64,000 bases of DNA from Octopus sinensis (Eukaryota). Positions 63,497 through 64,000 of this stretch are shown here, in pieces (position 1 is the stretch's first letter; the number at the start of each line of letters is the position of its first letter). The position numbers were made by a program, and so were the translations under genes. The stretch spans positions 161,200,001 through 161,264,000 of the forward strand of contig NC_042998.1 in assembly GCF_006345805.1 (NCBI RefSeq), in the 5' to 3' direction. Under the pieces are notes generated by a model, which was given only the letters and a program-made list of their open reading frames with translations, did no database searches and had not been told where the DNA came from.

Positions 63497-63907
63497 GGTA
63501 TCCCTCTCGTGGTGGTTATTTCAGGTTGTGTGATTTTGCACTTACAAGAATAGTTAAGTATGACCACCAGTTCTGCACTTCTGGAAACTTAGATAAATTT
63601 TGAGAATTAAAGGAGTTCATTTTCTTCTTAACCAAAAGGCAACTTAACATTTTATCCAAGATAAAAGTAATTTACGATGACAAACGTATTTGAAGAGTCC
63701 AAAACCTAGGAACTGGATTATCTGATTCTGGGTTGTCCATTTATCTAATGTTCTCCCTAGAGGTAAGACAAAATTTTTCATGTTTACTGCCCTCACACGT
63801 CTTTGCCAGTATATATACACATTGAAGCTTTACTATAGTGTCATAAATGCATCGACTACCATTTCCAGTAAACATTAGTGCTTTGTTGTACCACTACTCA
63901 ATATATA

Positions 63908-64000
63908 TATATATTGGTTTCAAATGTTAGCACAAAGCCAGCAATTTCGGGAGAGGGGATAAGTCAATTGCATCGACCCCAGTATTCAACTGATACCTAT
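63908..64000 (-). mobile_element. SINE family B, 3' part at the window edge
   Basis: ggtttcaaatgttagcacaaagccagcaatttc...catcgaccccagt. Confidence 0.7.

Noticed and set aside
515-63553. Dozens of YI/HT/CV-rich ORFs in the track
   Set aside because: They are translations of (TA)n, (CA)n and (CATA)n microsatellites, which lack stop codons in some frames.

Overview
This is AT-rich, microsatellite-dense eukaryotic DNA. I infer an Octopus-like cephalopod from the repeat families I recognise; no database search was run. No intact host protein-coding gene can be supported: nearly all track ORFs are microsatellite translations, antisense frames or transposon relics. DNA transposon relics include Tc1/mariner elements (2461-3670, 5600-6110, 6572-7105, 9440-9701, 13436-15331, 20705-20900, 44800-45200, 55740-56641), a Chapaev-like element with an internal inversion (20015-20700), piggyBac-type MITEs and Helitron-like elements. 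Retroelements include RTE fragments, an R4/Dong LINE in a (TAA)n tract (58657-59875), at least four tRNA-headed SINE families, and a 5'-truncated Penelope-like element (PLE) with a GIY-YIG frame (29673-31151). The most interesting signal is a set of small (TA)n-anchored elements carrying minimal type-I hammerhead ribozyme (HHR) motifs. These are a well-paired variant HHR in the PLE end (29773-29810, minus), a solo HHR unit (41443-41501), a weaker candidate (1381-1470), and a tRNA-headed SINE-like fold-back with a decayed HHR tail (27978-28449, duplicated at 29098-29571). Long fold-back inverted repeats recur throughout. Coordinates of degraded repeats are approximate.
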